Source: Dongiaceae bacterium
GTDB taxonomy: Bacteria; Pseudomonadota; Alphaproteobacteria; Dongiales; Dongiaceae
DNA length: 44,261 bases
Direction of reading: 5' to 3'
Assembly: GCA_035545355.1 (NCBI GenBank)
Contig: DASZYM010000118.1
Coordinates: 1 to 44,261, forward strand
Shown piece after piece: positions 17,291 through 26,979 of the stretch (position 1 is its first letter; every line of letters starts with the position of its first letter). The notes beneath the pieces were generated by a model that worked only from the letters and a program-made list of their open reading frames with translations, did not search any database and was not told the origin of the DNA. A program made the translations under genes and the position numbers.

Positions 17291-17342
17291 TTTGGAACGT
17301 TCCAAACTCGGACATAGTAGCGAAGGGCCTATTTGGAGTCAA
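17291..17342 (-). promoter_or_regulatory. Promoter plus LacI-type operator, site 3 (ABC importer operon)
   Basis: Minus strand TTGACT (17342-17337), 17 nt, TACTAT (17319-17314). Perfect palindrome TTTGGAACGTTCCAAA at 17291-17306. Confidence 0.85.
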
Positions 17343-17418
17343 GGATGGCGCCGGAACCACTATCCCGGCAGGTTGTTTGATGGGCGGCGCTCCGACATCG
17401 CAGAAAGCAAAGCGCGGC

Positions 17419-17949
17419 ATGGGCCGGCCTCTTCCCGTCTACACGATCGGGCATTCGACCCGAACGATCCCTGAATTTGTCGAACTGCTTCGCGCCGGAG
17501 ATGTTCGGCTTGTCGTCGACATCCGGCGCGTGCCGCGCTCCCGAACGAACCCGCAGTACAACCTGGAGGTCCTGCCGAAGGAGCTGGCGCAGTATCAGAT
17601 CGGCCATATGCGCATCGCCGAGCTCGGCGGCTTGCGCAAGAAGTCCGATATTCGATCCGACAAAAACGGCTACTGGACCAATGCCAGCTTCCATAACTAC
17701 GCCGACTACGCCCTCTCGGCGCCGTTCAAGGAAGGCTTCGCGCGATTGCTCGACGTCTCCGCGGAACAGCGCACGGCGATCATGTGCGCGGAGGCGGTCT
17801 GGTGGCGATGCCATCGTCGGATCGTCGCCGACTATCTGATGAATGCCGGCCGCACCGTCTACCACTTGATGGCGAAGGATGAGGTCGATCCGGCGAAGAT
17901 GACGGAAGGCGCGGTCCCGGTCGGACCCGATCTCAATTATCCCGCCTGA
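17419..17949 (+). CDS. DUF488 family protein
   Basis: VYTIGHSTR, VVDIRR.PRSR.NPQYN, LGGLR, SFHNYADY, IMCAEAVWWRCHRRIVADYL. Start moved to ATG 17419. Confidence 0.88.
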   Translation: MGRPLPVYTIGHSTRTIPEFVELLRAGDVRLVVDIRRVPRSRTNPQYNLEVLPKELAQYQIGHMRIAELGGLRKKSDIRSDKNGYWTNASFHNYADYALSAPFKEGFARLLDVSAEQRTAIMCAEAVWWRCHRRIVADYLMNAGRTVYHLMAKDEVDPAKMTEGAVPVGPDLNYPA

Positions 17950-17953
17950 CCGC

Positions 17954-18790
17954 TCATTCCGTGGATGCGCGCAATCCGGTGCGCACCAGATCGACGATGT
18001 CGGCATCGTTGCGTGCCGAATAAACCATGTGCACGGAATAGGAAAATTCCGGCGCGGACTCGACCGGCCGGAGCCGCCGATCGGCGAGGTATTGCCGGAC
18101 GGCGCTGAGGCGAAAGTATCCCGAGCCGCCGACATTCAGGAGATAGGACAAAGCGAGCGGGCCGAGCGAGACCGCCACCGCCGGGTCCGAGAGATGAGGG
18201 AACGCGACCTGCTCGCTCGCCCTGAAATCGGCGCCCCAATCGACATGGACATATGTCGCGGGATCGAAGGAGCAGTCCTCCCTCGTCGTCACCATGACAA
18301 GCTTCTCTTCATGCACCAGCTCGGTCGCCAGATCCGGCTGGGGCGGCGGGCTGTAGAGGACCGCGACGTCGATGGCGCCGCTGCGGACCTTGTCCAGGAG
18401 ATCGTCCTGCGCCTCGACCTCCGCGCGCAGCGCGATCTCGGGATGGTTCCGATGCATCCAGCCGAGCCAGTCCACGAGAACCGGATTCCACAGACTGAGC
18501 TCGCCGCCGATGCTGACGACATTGACGTGACTGGCCGAAAGCGCGACGCGCTGGCGCGCCCGCTCCCAAACCTGCACCAGGATGAGCGCATCGCGGCGAA
18601 ACCGCTCCCCGGCCGGGGTCAGGCGGGCGCCGCTGCGGTTGCGGATGAAGAGGCGCCGGCCGACCTGCTCCTCGAGGGTGCGGATCCGCGCGCTGATCGC
18701 CGTCTGGGTGAGGTGCAGCCGCTCGGCGGCGGCCACGAAACTGCCGCTGCTGACCACCTCCAGGAACGTGCGCGCCAGGTCGATATCCAT
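17954..18790 (-). CDS. LysR family regulator (HdfR-like)
   Basis: MDIDLARTFLEVV..GSF..AAERLHLTQTAISARIRTLEEQVG..LF.R HTH. Divergent from cysJ. Confidence 0.92.
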   Translation of the reverse strand: MDIDLARTFLEVVSSGSFVAAAERLHLTQTAISARIRTLEEQVGRRLFIRNRSGARLTPAGERFRRDALILVQVWERARQRVALSASHVNVVSIGGELSLWNPVLVDWLGWMHRNHPEIALRAEVEAQDDLLDKVRSGAIDVAVLYSPPPQPDLATELVHEEKLVMVTTREDCSFDPATYVHVDWGADFRASEQVAFPHLSDPAVAVSLGPLALSYLLNVGGSGYFRLSAVRQYLADRRLRPVESAPEFSYSVHMVYSARNDADIVDLVRTGLRASTE

Positions 18791-18911
18791 GGCGTTTAAT
18801 ATCAAAAACTTTGCTGACAACCCGCAACAATATTCGTTTGTGTGTAATTAAGGCCGCCGCCTACATAACCAGCCAGCGGCTGGCATTGTGAATTGACCAT
18901 AAATACAAACG

Positions 18912-20750
18912 ATGAGTGTTATTTATAACCTTCGCGAGCTTGGCCTGACGGTCGACCAGCTCCGCATGGTCGAATCCCTGACCGGCTCACTGACGCCGGA
19001 TCAGGCGCTTTGGCTGAGCGGCTATCTCGCCGGCCTGCATCGCGGCGCGCGCTCGGCGCTGGCCGGCGAAGGCGAGGCGCTGGCGTCATTCCCCTCGACC
19101 TCCGCAATGGCGGGAGCGAGCGCCAATACAAGGAGCCTGACGGTGCTCGTCGGCAGCGAGACCGGCAATGCGCGAGCCTTGGCCAAATCCCTGGTCCAGG
19201 CCGCGGGTGCGAGCGGCCTGCAGGCGAGCCTCGCCGATCTCGCCGGCTATCCGACACGCAAGCTGAAGGATGAGCAGGATCTGCTCATCATCACCAGCAC
19301 CCATGGAGAAGGGGATCCGCCGCAATCGGCGCTCGGCTTCTTCGAGTTCCTGGAAGGGCGCAAGGCGCCCAAGCTCGGCCAGGTGCGCTATGCGGTCCTG
19401 GCGCTGGGCGATTCCACCTATGAGTTCTACTGCGAAGCCGGCAAGCGCATCGATCGCCGGCTTGCGGAGCTCGGCGCCGCGCGGATCGCGCCGCGGGTCG
19501 ATTGCGATGTCGATTACGACAAGCCCGCCGCGGATTGGATCAAGACCGTCATCGCCGCGATCGCGCCGGATGCCGGCGGCGCGACCTCCTCCACCGTTTT
19601 CGCCAAGCCCTTATCGGCACCCGCCGCCGTGCCGGTCCATGACAAGCGCAATCCTTTCGCCGCGACGGTCATCGACAACATCGCGCTGACCGGCCGCCGA
19701 TCGAGCAAGGAGACGCGGCATATCGAGTTCTCGCTCGACGGATCGGGCCTCTCCTTCGCGCCCGGCGACGCCCTGGGCATCCTCCCCAGAAACGACCCGG
19801 CTTTGGTCGAGGACATTCTGCAAACGCTTTCGCTCTCGGCCGACGCGCCGGTGACGCTGGACGATTCTCCGACCAGCCTGGGCGAAGCGCTGACCGGCCA
19901 TTTCGACATCAGCGCATCGACACCGCGTTTCATCGACCGCTGGGCGGAGTTGAGCGGCGCATCGGCGCTGGCCGCGTTGAAGACCGGCGATCAATCGCAG
20001 CGCGCCGCCTTCCTGCGCGATCACCATGTGATCGATATCCTGCGCCAGTATCCGGTCGCCGGTGTCGCGCCGCAGGCCTTCCTCTCGGGCCTGAGGCCGC
20101 TGCAGCCCCGGCTCTATTCCATCGCCTCCAGCCAGGCCTATGCTCCGGATGAGGTTCATCTCACCGTGACGACCCTGCGCTATGCCCTGCATGGCGAGGC
20201 GCGCACCGGCGTCGCCTCGGGACATCTGGCCGAGCGCGTGAAACCGGACGACACCCTGCCGGTCTATGTCCAAGCCAATCCGCATTTCCGCCTGCCCGAG
20301 GATGATGCGCCCATCGTGATGATCGGCGCCGGAACCGGGGTCGCGCCATACCGCGCTTTCCTGCAGGAGCGAGAGATCCGCGGCGCGCGCGGGAGATCCT
20401 GGCTCTTCTTCGGCGAACGGAACTTCCACAGCGACTTCCTCTACCAGACCGAATGGCAGGCTTTGCTGAAATCCGGGGTGCTGCACCGGATGTCCGTCGC
20501 CTTCTCGCGCGACCGCGCCGAGAAAGTCTATGTCCAGCATCGCCTGCAGGAACATGGGGCCGAGCTCTACGGCTGGATGCAGGAGGGCGCACATATCTAC
20601 GTCTGCGGCGACGCCGCCAATCTGGCGCCGGACGTCCACCGCACCTTGCGCGACATCGTGCAGCAGAAGGGCGGGCTCAGCCAGTCGGCTGCCGACGAGT
20701 ATCTCGGCGAGTTGCAACGCGGCCAGCGCTATCAAGTCGACGTCTACTGA
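18912..20750 (+). CDS. cysJ: Sulfite reductase [NADPH] flavoprotein subunit
   Basis: N-terminal LTPDQALWLSGY, flavodoxin GSETGNA / STHGEGDPP / LGDSTY, RLYSIASS, IGAGTGVAPYR, YVCGDA, C-terminal RYQVDVY. Confidence 0.95.
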   Translation: MSVIYNLRELGLTVDQLRMVESLTGSLTPDQALWLSGYLAGLHRGARSALAGEGEALASFPSTSAMAGASANTRSLTVLVGSETGNARALAKSLVQAAGASGLQASLADLAGYPTRKLKDEQDLLIITSTHGEGDPPQSALGFFEFLEGRKAPKLGQVRYAVLALGDSTYEFYCEAGKRIDRRLAELGAARIAPRVDCDVDYDKPAADWIKTVIAAIAPDAGGATSSTVFAKPLSAPAAVPVHDKRNPFAATVIDNIALTGRRSSKETRHIEFSLDGSGLSFAPGDALGILPRNDPALVEDILQTLSLSADAPVTLDDSPTSLGEALTGHFDISASTPRFIDRWAELSGASALAALKTGDQSQRAAFLRDHHVIDILRQYPVAGVAPQAFLSGLRPLQPRLYSIASSQAYAPDEVHLTVTTLRYALHGEARTGVASGHLAERVKPDDTLPVYVQANPHFRLPEDDAPIVMIGAGTGVAPYRAFLQEREIRGARGRSWLFFGERNFHSDFLYQTEWQALLKSGVLHRMSVAFSRDRAEKVYVQHRLQEHGAELYGWMQEGAHIYVCGDAANLAPDVHRTLRDIVQQKGGLSQSAADEYLGELQRGQRYQVDVY

Positions 20751-22487
20751 GTGTCCCCAATGCACGCATCGGCAACAGATCGCGGCCGCGACCGGTCGCA
20801 ACCTCTCGAGAAGCTCGGGCCGGATGAATCGCTGAAGGCCCGCAGCGACCAGCTTCGCGGCACCATTCTGGACGGCCTACTCGACGAGATCACCGGCGCC
20901 GTCCCCGGCAGCGATCCGAAGCTGATGAAGTTCCACGGGATCTATCAGCAGGACGATCGCGATATCCGCGACGAGCGGCGGCATCAGAAGCTGGAGCCCG
21001 CTTTCTCCTTCATGGTGCGGGTCCGGCTTCCGGGCGGCGTCTGCACGCCGGAGCAATGGTTGAAGCTGGATTCGCTTGCGCGCGATTATGGCGAGGGCTC
21101 CCTCCGCCTTACCACCCGGCAGACCTTCCAGTTCCACTATGTCCTCAAGCAGAATCTGCGGTCCCTCATCCAGGGCCTGCACGATGTCGGCCTGGATACC
21201 AGGGCGGCATGCGGCGACGATTCACGCGGCGTGATGTGCTCGGTCAATCCGCAGCTCTCCGCGCTGCATGCCGAAGTGTACGACCTTGCGAAGCGGGTGA
21301 GCGATCACGCGGTCCCCAAGACCGGCGCCTATGGCGAGATCTGGTACGGCGAAGAGCGCAAGAAGAGCAGCGGTCCGGAAGAGCCGTTCTACGGTTCGAC
21401 CTATATGCCACGGAAGTTCAAGATCGGCTTCGTCATTCCGCCGGTGAACGATATCGACGTCTACGCGCAGGACCTGGGCTTCATCGCCTCGGGCACGGCC
21501 GATCGCCTGGACGGATTCAACGTCGCCATCGGCGGCGGCATGGGACGGACCGATCAGGCGCCGCACACCTATCCGCGGCTAGCCGATGTGATCGGCTTCG
21601 TCCCCACCGACAAGGTTTTCGCCGTCGTCGATGCGGTGATGTCGGTGCAGCGCGATTACGGCGACCGGGTCGATCGGGCGCATGCGCGGTTCAAATACAC
21701 GATCGACGACAAGGGTCTCGACTGGATCAAGCAGGAGATCGAGGAGCGGCAGGGCTTCGCCTTCGCGCCGACACGCAATTTCTCCTTCGTGTCGAACAGC
21801 GATCCGTTCGGCTGGGCCACCGGAGAAGCCGGCCGCCTGCATTACACGCTGCTCGTCGAGAGCGGGCGCATCACCAACGCCGCCGAGCGCCCCATTCTGG
21901 ACGGGTTGCGGGCGGTGGCGCGCGGAAAGTTCGGCAACTTCCGCCTGACGCCCAACCAGAACCTGACGATCGCCGATGTCGCGCCGGAGCGTCGCGCGGA
22001 GCTGGAGACGATCCTCTCGGAGTTCGGCCTGGCCGCGCTCAATCGCCAGAGCGGCCTCCGGCTCAATGCGCTTGCCTGCGTGGCCTTGCCGACCTGTGGT
22101 CTGGCCATGGCGGAATCCGAGCGCTATCTCCCGCACCTGGTCGAGAAGATCGAGCAGATCCTGTCGAAGCATGGGCTCTTCGACGAACCGATCACCCTGC
22201 GCATGAGCGGCTGCCCGAACGGCTGCTCGCGCCCCTATATCGCGGAGATCGCCCTCACCGGGCGCGCGCCGGGAAAATACAATCTCTATTTCGGCGGCGG
22301 CTTCCACGGCCAGCGCCTGAACAAGATGTATCTCGAGAATGTCGGCGAGGACGCGATCCTGCGCGCGATCGAGGAAGTCGTCGCCGGTTTCGCGCGCGAC
22401 CGCCGGCCGAACGAGCATTTCGGCGACTACGCCATCCGCGCCGGATACGTGACCGAGGTGACGGAAGGCCGTCACTTCAACGACTGA
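20751..22487 (+). CDS. cysI: Sulfite reductase [NADPH] hemoprotein subunit
   Basis: KFHGIYQQDDRD, RLTTRQTFQFH, YMPRKFK, and siroheme/4Fe-4S ligands CVALPTC and SGCPNGC. Confidence 0.95.
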   Translation: MSPMHASATDRGRDRSQPLEKLGPDESLKARSDQLRGTILDGLLDEITGAVPGSDPKLMKFHGIYQQDDRDIRDERRHQKLEPAFSFMVRVRLPGGVCTPEQWLKLDSLARDYGEGSLRLTTRQTFQFHYVLKQNLRSLIQGLHDVGLDTRAACGDDSRGVMCSVNPQLSALHAEVYDLAKRVSDHAVPKTGAYGEIWYGEERKKSSGPEEPFYGSTYMPRKFKIGFVIPPVNDIDVYAQDLGFIASGTADRLDGFNVAIGGGMGRTDQAPHTYPRLADVIGFVPTDKVFAVVDAVMSVQRDYGDRVDRAHARFKYTIDDKGLDWIKQEIEERQGFAFAPTRNFSFVSNSDPFGWATGEAGRLHYTLLVESGRITNAAERPILDGLRAVARGKFGNFRLTPNQNLTIADVAPERRAELETILSEFGLAALNRQSGLRLNALACVALPTCGLAMAESERYLPHLVEKIEQILSKHGLFDEPITLRMSGCPNGCSRPYIAEIALTGRAPGKYNLYFGGGFHGQRLNKMYLENVGEDAILRAIEEVVAGFARDRRPNEHFGDYAIRAGYVTEVTEGRHFND

Positions 22488-22511
22488 ATCAACTTTCATC
22501 AGGAGGAACAG

Positions 22512-23156
22512 ATGTCGCTGCAGCTTGGCCAGATCGCACCCGATTTCGAGCAGGAAAGCACCAAAGGCAAGATCCGTTTCCACGAATGGCTCGGGAATTC
22601 CTGGGGCGTGCTGTTCAGCCATCCCAAGGACTTCACGCCGGTCTGCACCACCGAGCTCGGGGAAGTCGCGCGCCTGCGGCCGGAATGGGAAAAGCGCGGC
22701 GTGAAGACCCTCGGGCTCTCGGTCGATCCCGTCGACTCGCACCGAGGCTGGGAGGAGGATATCGAGGAGACCCAGGGCCAGACTGTCGATTTCCCCATGC
22801 TGGCAGACGCCGATAAGAAAGTCTCCAACCTCTACAACATGATCCATCCGGATTCGGATCCGAAGCTCACGGTCCGCTCGGTCTATGTGATCGACCCGCA
22901 GAAGAAGATCCGCCTCATCCTCACCTATCCGCCAAGCGCCGGGCGGAATTTCGCGGAGATCCTGCGGACCATCGACAGCCTGCAGCTCACCGACGGCGAG
23001 AAGGTGGCGACCCCGGTCAACTGGCAGCCCGGCGAGCCGGTGATCATCGTCCCGTCCTTGAGCGACGAGGAGGCACGGAAGCGCTTCCCGCAAGGCTGGA
23101 AGCAGCTCCGCCCCTACCTGCGGGTCGTCGACCTGCCGAAACAAGGCCGGAAATAG
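22512..23156 (+). CDS. 1-Cys peroxiredoxin (Prx6 subfamily)
   Basis: SHPKDFTPVCTTE, YP...GRNF.EILR.IDSLQL, VATPVNW. AGGAGG RBS. Confidence 0.95.
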   Translation: MSLQLGQIAPDFEQESTKGKIRFHEWLGNSWGVLFSHPKDFTPVCTTELGEVARLRPEWEKRGVKTLGLSVDPVDSHRGWEEDIEETQGQTVDFPMLADADKKVSNLYNMIHPDSDPKLTVRSVYVIDPQKKIRLILTYPPSAGRNFAEILRTIDSLQLTDGEKVATPVNWQPGEPVIIVPSLSDEEARKRFPQGWKQLRPYLRVVDLPKQGRK

Positions 23157-23337
23157 TCGCGAAACGGCAGCGCTTCCAGGGGGATGAGACATCTCCCCCG
23201 CATGCGCGCTCGCGTCCCGGCACCCGGGCGAGACCGCAGAGCCTTGGAAAGGGAAAGGTAAGTCGTCGGGCGTACACCCACCGGACAGGTGCTGGGGATT
23301 ACCACGGCAAAGATCGGCCGCGGCAATCCCGGAGGGT

Positions 23338-23610
23338 GTGCAAATGCGGGTTATTCTGGCCGCCTCGCTGTTTGTCGGGGCGGTGTCGGCGGCGCTGCTC
23401 TATCAGGTCGTCAATGCAGTGGGCGCCGTCCCCTGCGAAGCGGTCTTTGCGCGCCTGCGCATCGTCGAAAACGAGAATCCCCCGCGCAACGCCAATGACG
23501 CAATAAGGATCCGCGGTCTCGAACAGCAGGGCGCCGAGGAGTGCCGCGATCACGAGGACAGCCAGGCGGACGACCTCTTCCTCCAGGCGTTGCAGGTGAT
23601 CGTCAAGTGA
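23338..23610 (+). CDS. Small exported or membrane-anchored hypothetical protein with two Cys
   Basis: GGAGG RBS, hydrophobic N-terminus, and a stop that overlaps the next ATG (TGATG). Confidence 0.55.
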   Translation: MQMRVILAASLFVGAVSAALLYQVVNAVGAVPCEAVFARLRIVENENPPRNANDAIRIRGLEQQGAEECRDHEDSQADDLFLQALQVIVK

Positions 23611-24395
23611 TGCGGAGCGCCTTTGCAGCGCCTGCCGCGCGAAGCCGGCGCCTGCCGGACCTGACGCTCGATTTCTGGCTGCTGACGCTTCTGACCGTGA
23701 CCGCCGGGCAGACGCTTGCGGATCAGCTATCTCTGCACTGGCAGATCGGGGAAGCCGGCGCGGCGGCGATCGTGATCCCCCTCTTCACCGCCGCCGTTGC
23801 GGTGCAGCTGGCACAAAAGCGCTACAGGCCCTGGGCGTATTGGACGGCGGTGGTGATCGCCAGCGTGGCCGGAACGCTGATCAGCGACGTGCTGGTCGTG
23901 ACCTGCGGCATCGGCCCCGCGATCACCGCACCGCTCTTCGCGATTCTTCTCGGCGGGATTTTCGCGGTCTGGCGTCGATCGGAGCGGATCCTCTCGATCC
24001 CGACCGCTCGGACCATGCAATCCGAGCTGCTGTACTGGCTGGCGGTCATCTCGAGTTTTTCTCTGGGAACTTCCGTCGACGACTGGCTCTCCGAACGCAT
24101 CGGCCTTGGATACCTCGTGAGCAGCCTCGTCTTCATAGAGGCTTTTGCATTGATCGCCTGCTCCTATGTCGTCCTCCAGACGCGGGGCGCACTTCACTTC
24201 TGGGCCGCCTGCATCGCCATGCGATGCGGCGGCGCCTCGTTGGGCAACTACATGATTCATCCGAGGCAGATCGGCGGGCTCGGAATGGGCACTGCGGGGA
24301 GCAGCGTGGTCCTGCTGTTCGGGATCGCGATCGTCGTGCTGATCGCATCGCTCGATGACGGAACCGGTCGCCTGATCAAAAGGACGTCCCAGTAA
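23610..24395 (+). CDS. COG4705/DUF347 membrane protein, divergent paralogue
   Basis: TLDFWL...TVTAGQTLAD, RY.PW.YW..VV..SVAGTLISD, ELLYWLAV..SF.LGT, GASLG.Y......GGLGMG; parallels 27296-28504 motif for motif. Confidence 0.8.
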   Translation: MRSAFAAPAARSRRLPDLTLDFWLLTLLTVTAGQTLADQLSLHWQIGEAGAAAIVIPLFTAAVAVQLAQKRYRPWAYWTAVVIASVAGTLISDVLVVTCGIGPAITAPLFAILLGGIFAVWRRSERILSIPTARTMQSELLYWLAVISSFSLGTSVDDWLSERIGLGYLVSSLVFIEAFALIACSYVVLQTRGALHFWAACIAMRCGGASLGNYMIHPRQIGGLGMGTAGSSVVLLFGIAIVVLIASLDDGTGRLIKRTSQ

Positions 24396-24397
24396 TC

Positions 24398-24604
24398 ATG
24401 CCGGCTCACCGAATCCCCGCAGCGAGGATCGTCCCGCTGGGGGTTCTCCTCTGCGTGATCGCGGCGTTCGGATATGGCGGGCTCGAACTGGGGTGGGAAT
24501 TGCGCGAACAAGGCACTCATGTGCCGGATCCCAAGCACGACGCGAACGCGCCTGCCGTGAAGGAGCCGCTCGGGCGGCAGTCGTCCTGGAATCGATCGAG
24601 GTAA
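24398..24604 (+). CDS. Small single-TM hypothetical protein
   Basis: ATG two bases after the DUF347 stop; one hydrophobic segment IVPLGVLLCVIAAFGYGG. Confidence 0.4.
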   Translation: MPAHRIPAARIVPLGVLLCVIAAFGYGGLELGWELREQGTHVPDPKHDANAPAVKEPLGRQSSWNRSR

Positions 24605-24805
24605 GGGCTCGACCGGCCTTTGAAAAAACAAAACTCGGCCTTGGCCGCGAATCTCCAGACCGGCCGGCCTCCGTTCCGTCCATTGCGACTCCATCGGCTC
24701 GCGACCCCGATCGTCAGGAATTCATCAGGTCGGATTGCAATGGTTGTCCTCCCCGCGCCGCGGCTGACGGCGCCGTCCCGCCGAAACGAATTGGGCCTGC
24801 CCGAG

Positions 24806-26251
24806 ATGTGGACTCTCTATTCCGAGGAACTTCGATCCGTCACCCGAGGACGGTTCGCCTTGCTGGGGACGGCCGTCGTGTTGCTGGGCCTGGGAGGATT
24901 GGCCGCGGTCGCGTCGCAAGACACGTGGCTCGACAGCTATGGCGTCATCGCCTACTTCCTCGTCCCTCTCGGATTCCTGCCGATGACCGCGGGCATGCTC
25001 GCGACACCGCGCGCCAATCGCTTCGTCGAGAGCCTCTTCACCGCGCCGGTTTCCCGATCGAACTGGCTCGCCGCGCGGCTTCTCGTCGTGCTCACTTTGG
25101 CGCTCGCCTACTACCTCGCGCTCATCCCGACGATGCTGGTTTTCGTGGGCCATGTCGGCATGCCCTATCTGCTGGGCCGCTTTCTGCTGTGGGCGCCGGG
25201 CATCCTGCTGATTTCGATCGCAGTCGGCAGCCTCGTCGGCGTCGTCTTCATCGGCCGGAGCGTCGCCGCCCCGGTCGCGACCGCCGTGGGCCTGATGCTG
25301 ATCTTCGCCGTTCTCGTTCCGCTGCAGGAGCTGCTGGTGGCGCGCGGCTACGGCGCAAGCGCGAGCGGGCACTTCGTTCTCTTGAGTCCCCTGGTTCTTC
25401 TGAAGAACGCTCTCGGCTTCACGCTGGCAGTCGGTACGCTGCCCGCCACGACGACAGCGACGTGGATCTGTTTTGCCGTCGTTCTGCTGGGCGCCCTCGC
25501 CCTTGCCGCCTGGGTGTTCCTGAAGCTGCAAGGGGTGGAATCCTGGGAAGCCTCACGCGGCCAGCGTTGGATCCTGGCCGGGATCGTCGTCCTCTTGATC
25601 TTGATCCCGATCGCGCAGAGCGACACGGATTACACATTGGCGGCACCCGCCCCAAACAATGCGCCGGACATCCCGGGCCTTTTTCTGCGCGGCGGTGGAA
25701 ACCTCGCTTTGGTCGATCCCGGACAGCCGGCGCCGGCGCGGTGCTGCGACACGCTGCTCAACCGGGACCAGTGGCCGACTTTTCCGACCGACATCGCGAC
25801 GAAGCAGGACCTGCTGATCTTCCTGCCGGTCGATGCGCGCTCGACCGTGGCCACCCTGCAGATGCAGCTTACCGGGCAGAGCGGCCTCGACGTCGCTGCC
25901 GATCCCGGCGCCGTCGCGCAAGCGGCCGGTCATCTCGAGAAATACGACTATCCCGCCGGCCAGGGACCGATGGCCCCCGACGGCCGGCGCATCGCCTCCG
26001 GTTGGATCGCCCGTATCCCGATCGCCTTCACGCCGACCAAGCCGTGGGATCTTGGCGGCGTGCGCTATCCGCTTGATGTCAATGTGACCTACACGCTGGC
26101 CGGCGACGACGGTCAGCCGAAGGCGGTGACGATGCGGGGCGCGATCGAAGCCCATATCTCCACCGCGATTTATGAAATGAGCGCCGCGGGCGCCTTCTTC
26201 CCCCTGTTGTGCCTCCTTGCAGGCTTCCGGCGGTGGCGGCGGACACGATGA
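24806..26251 (+). CDS. ABC-2/NosY-type permease with a large C-terminal extracytoplasmic domain
   Basis: EELR near the start, ESLFTAPVSRSNWLAARL loop, several TM segments, then a soluble region of about 190 aa and a final TM ending RRWRRTR. Start taken as ATG 24806 (uncertain). Confidence 0.8.
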   Translation: MWTLYSEELRSVTRGRFALLGTAVVLLGLGGLAAVASQDTWLDSYGVIAYFLVPLGFLPMTAGMLATPRANRFVESLFTAPVSRSNWLAARLLVVLTLALAYYLALIPTMLVFVGHVGMPYLLGRFLLWAPGILLISIAVGSLVGVVFIGRSVAAPVATAVGLMLIFAVLVPLQELLVARGYGASASGHFVLLSPLVLLKNALGFTLAVGTLPATTTATWICFAVVLLGALALAAWVFLKLQGVESWEASRGQRWILAGIVVLLILIPIAQSDTDYTLAAPAPNNAPDIPGLFLRGGGNLALVDPGQPAPARCCDTLLNRDQWPTFPTDIATKQDLLIFLPVDARSTVATLQMQLTGQSGLDVAADPGAVAQAAGHLEKYDYPAGQGPMAPDGRRIASGWIARIPIAFTPTKPWDLGGVRYPLDVNVTYTLAGDDGQPKAVTMRGAIEAHISTAIYEMSAAGAFFPLLCLLAGFRRWRRTR

Positions 26252-26979
26252 CCGATTTTGCACTCGAAACCGAGAATCTGACGCGCAGGTTCGGCGACTT
26301 CGTCGCCGTCGATTCCGTCGACCTGAGGGTCCGCAAGGGGGAACTGTTCGGGTTTCTGGGACTGAACGGCGCCGGCAAGACGACGACCATCCGGATGCTG
26401 ACGACCCTCCTGCCCCCCACCGCGGGCCGCGCCCGGTTGTGGGGCCACGACGTCTCCGCCGATCCGATCGCCGTCCGCGGCCTGATCGGTCTGGTCAGCG
26501 ACGAAACCAGCGAAAGCCAATCCGATTGGACGGCGCGGGAATATCTCGGCTATTTCGCGCGTATCCGGCGGCTTCCGGATCCCGAAGGCGTCGTCGAGCG
26601 CAGCCTGGACAAGGTCGGCCTCGACCGCGCCTTTCGCGGCCGGCTGATCGCCACCTACAGCACCGGAATGAAGCGCCGTGTGGAGATCGCGCGGGCATTG
26701 ATGGGAGAGCCGAAGGTGCTCTTCCTCGACGAGCCGACCCGCGGCCTCGACTTGCCGGCGAAAAGAGAGACCTGGGACTTTCTGCGCGGGCTGGCGGCGC
26801 GGGAGAACGTAACGACGTTCCTCAGCAGCCATGACGCCCAGGAGATCCGCAATCTCTGCACCGAGATCAGTGTCATCGCCAAAGGCCGCGTCGTGTTTGC
26901 GGGCTCGACCGCGGAGCTCGGCTCCGATCTCGACACCTTCGAGGAGAATCTCATCCATCTCCTCCTGACCAGGCACTGA
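26248..26979 (+). CDS. ABC-2 type ATP-binding protein
   Basis: GLNGAGKTT, YSTGMKRR, LFLDEPT, LSSH. ATGA overlap with the permease. Confidence 0.92.
   Translation: MTDFALETENLTRRFGDFVAVDSVDLRVRKGELFGFLGLNGAGKTTTIRMLTTLLPPTAGRARLWGHDVSADPIAVRGLIGLVSDETSESQSDWTAREYLGYFARIRRLPDPEGVVERSLDKVGLDRAFRGRLIATYSTGMKRRVEIARALMGEPKVLFLDEPTRGLDLPAKRETWDFLRGLAARENVTTFLSSHDAQEIRNLCTEISVIAKGRVVFAGSTAELGSDLDTFEENLIHLLLTRH

Noticed and set aside
18881-18898. Sigma54 promoter upstream of cysJ (TGGCATTGTGAATTGA)
   Set aside because: Spacing and the -12 element do not fit GG-N10-GC.
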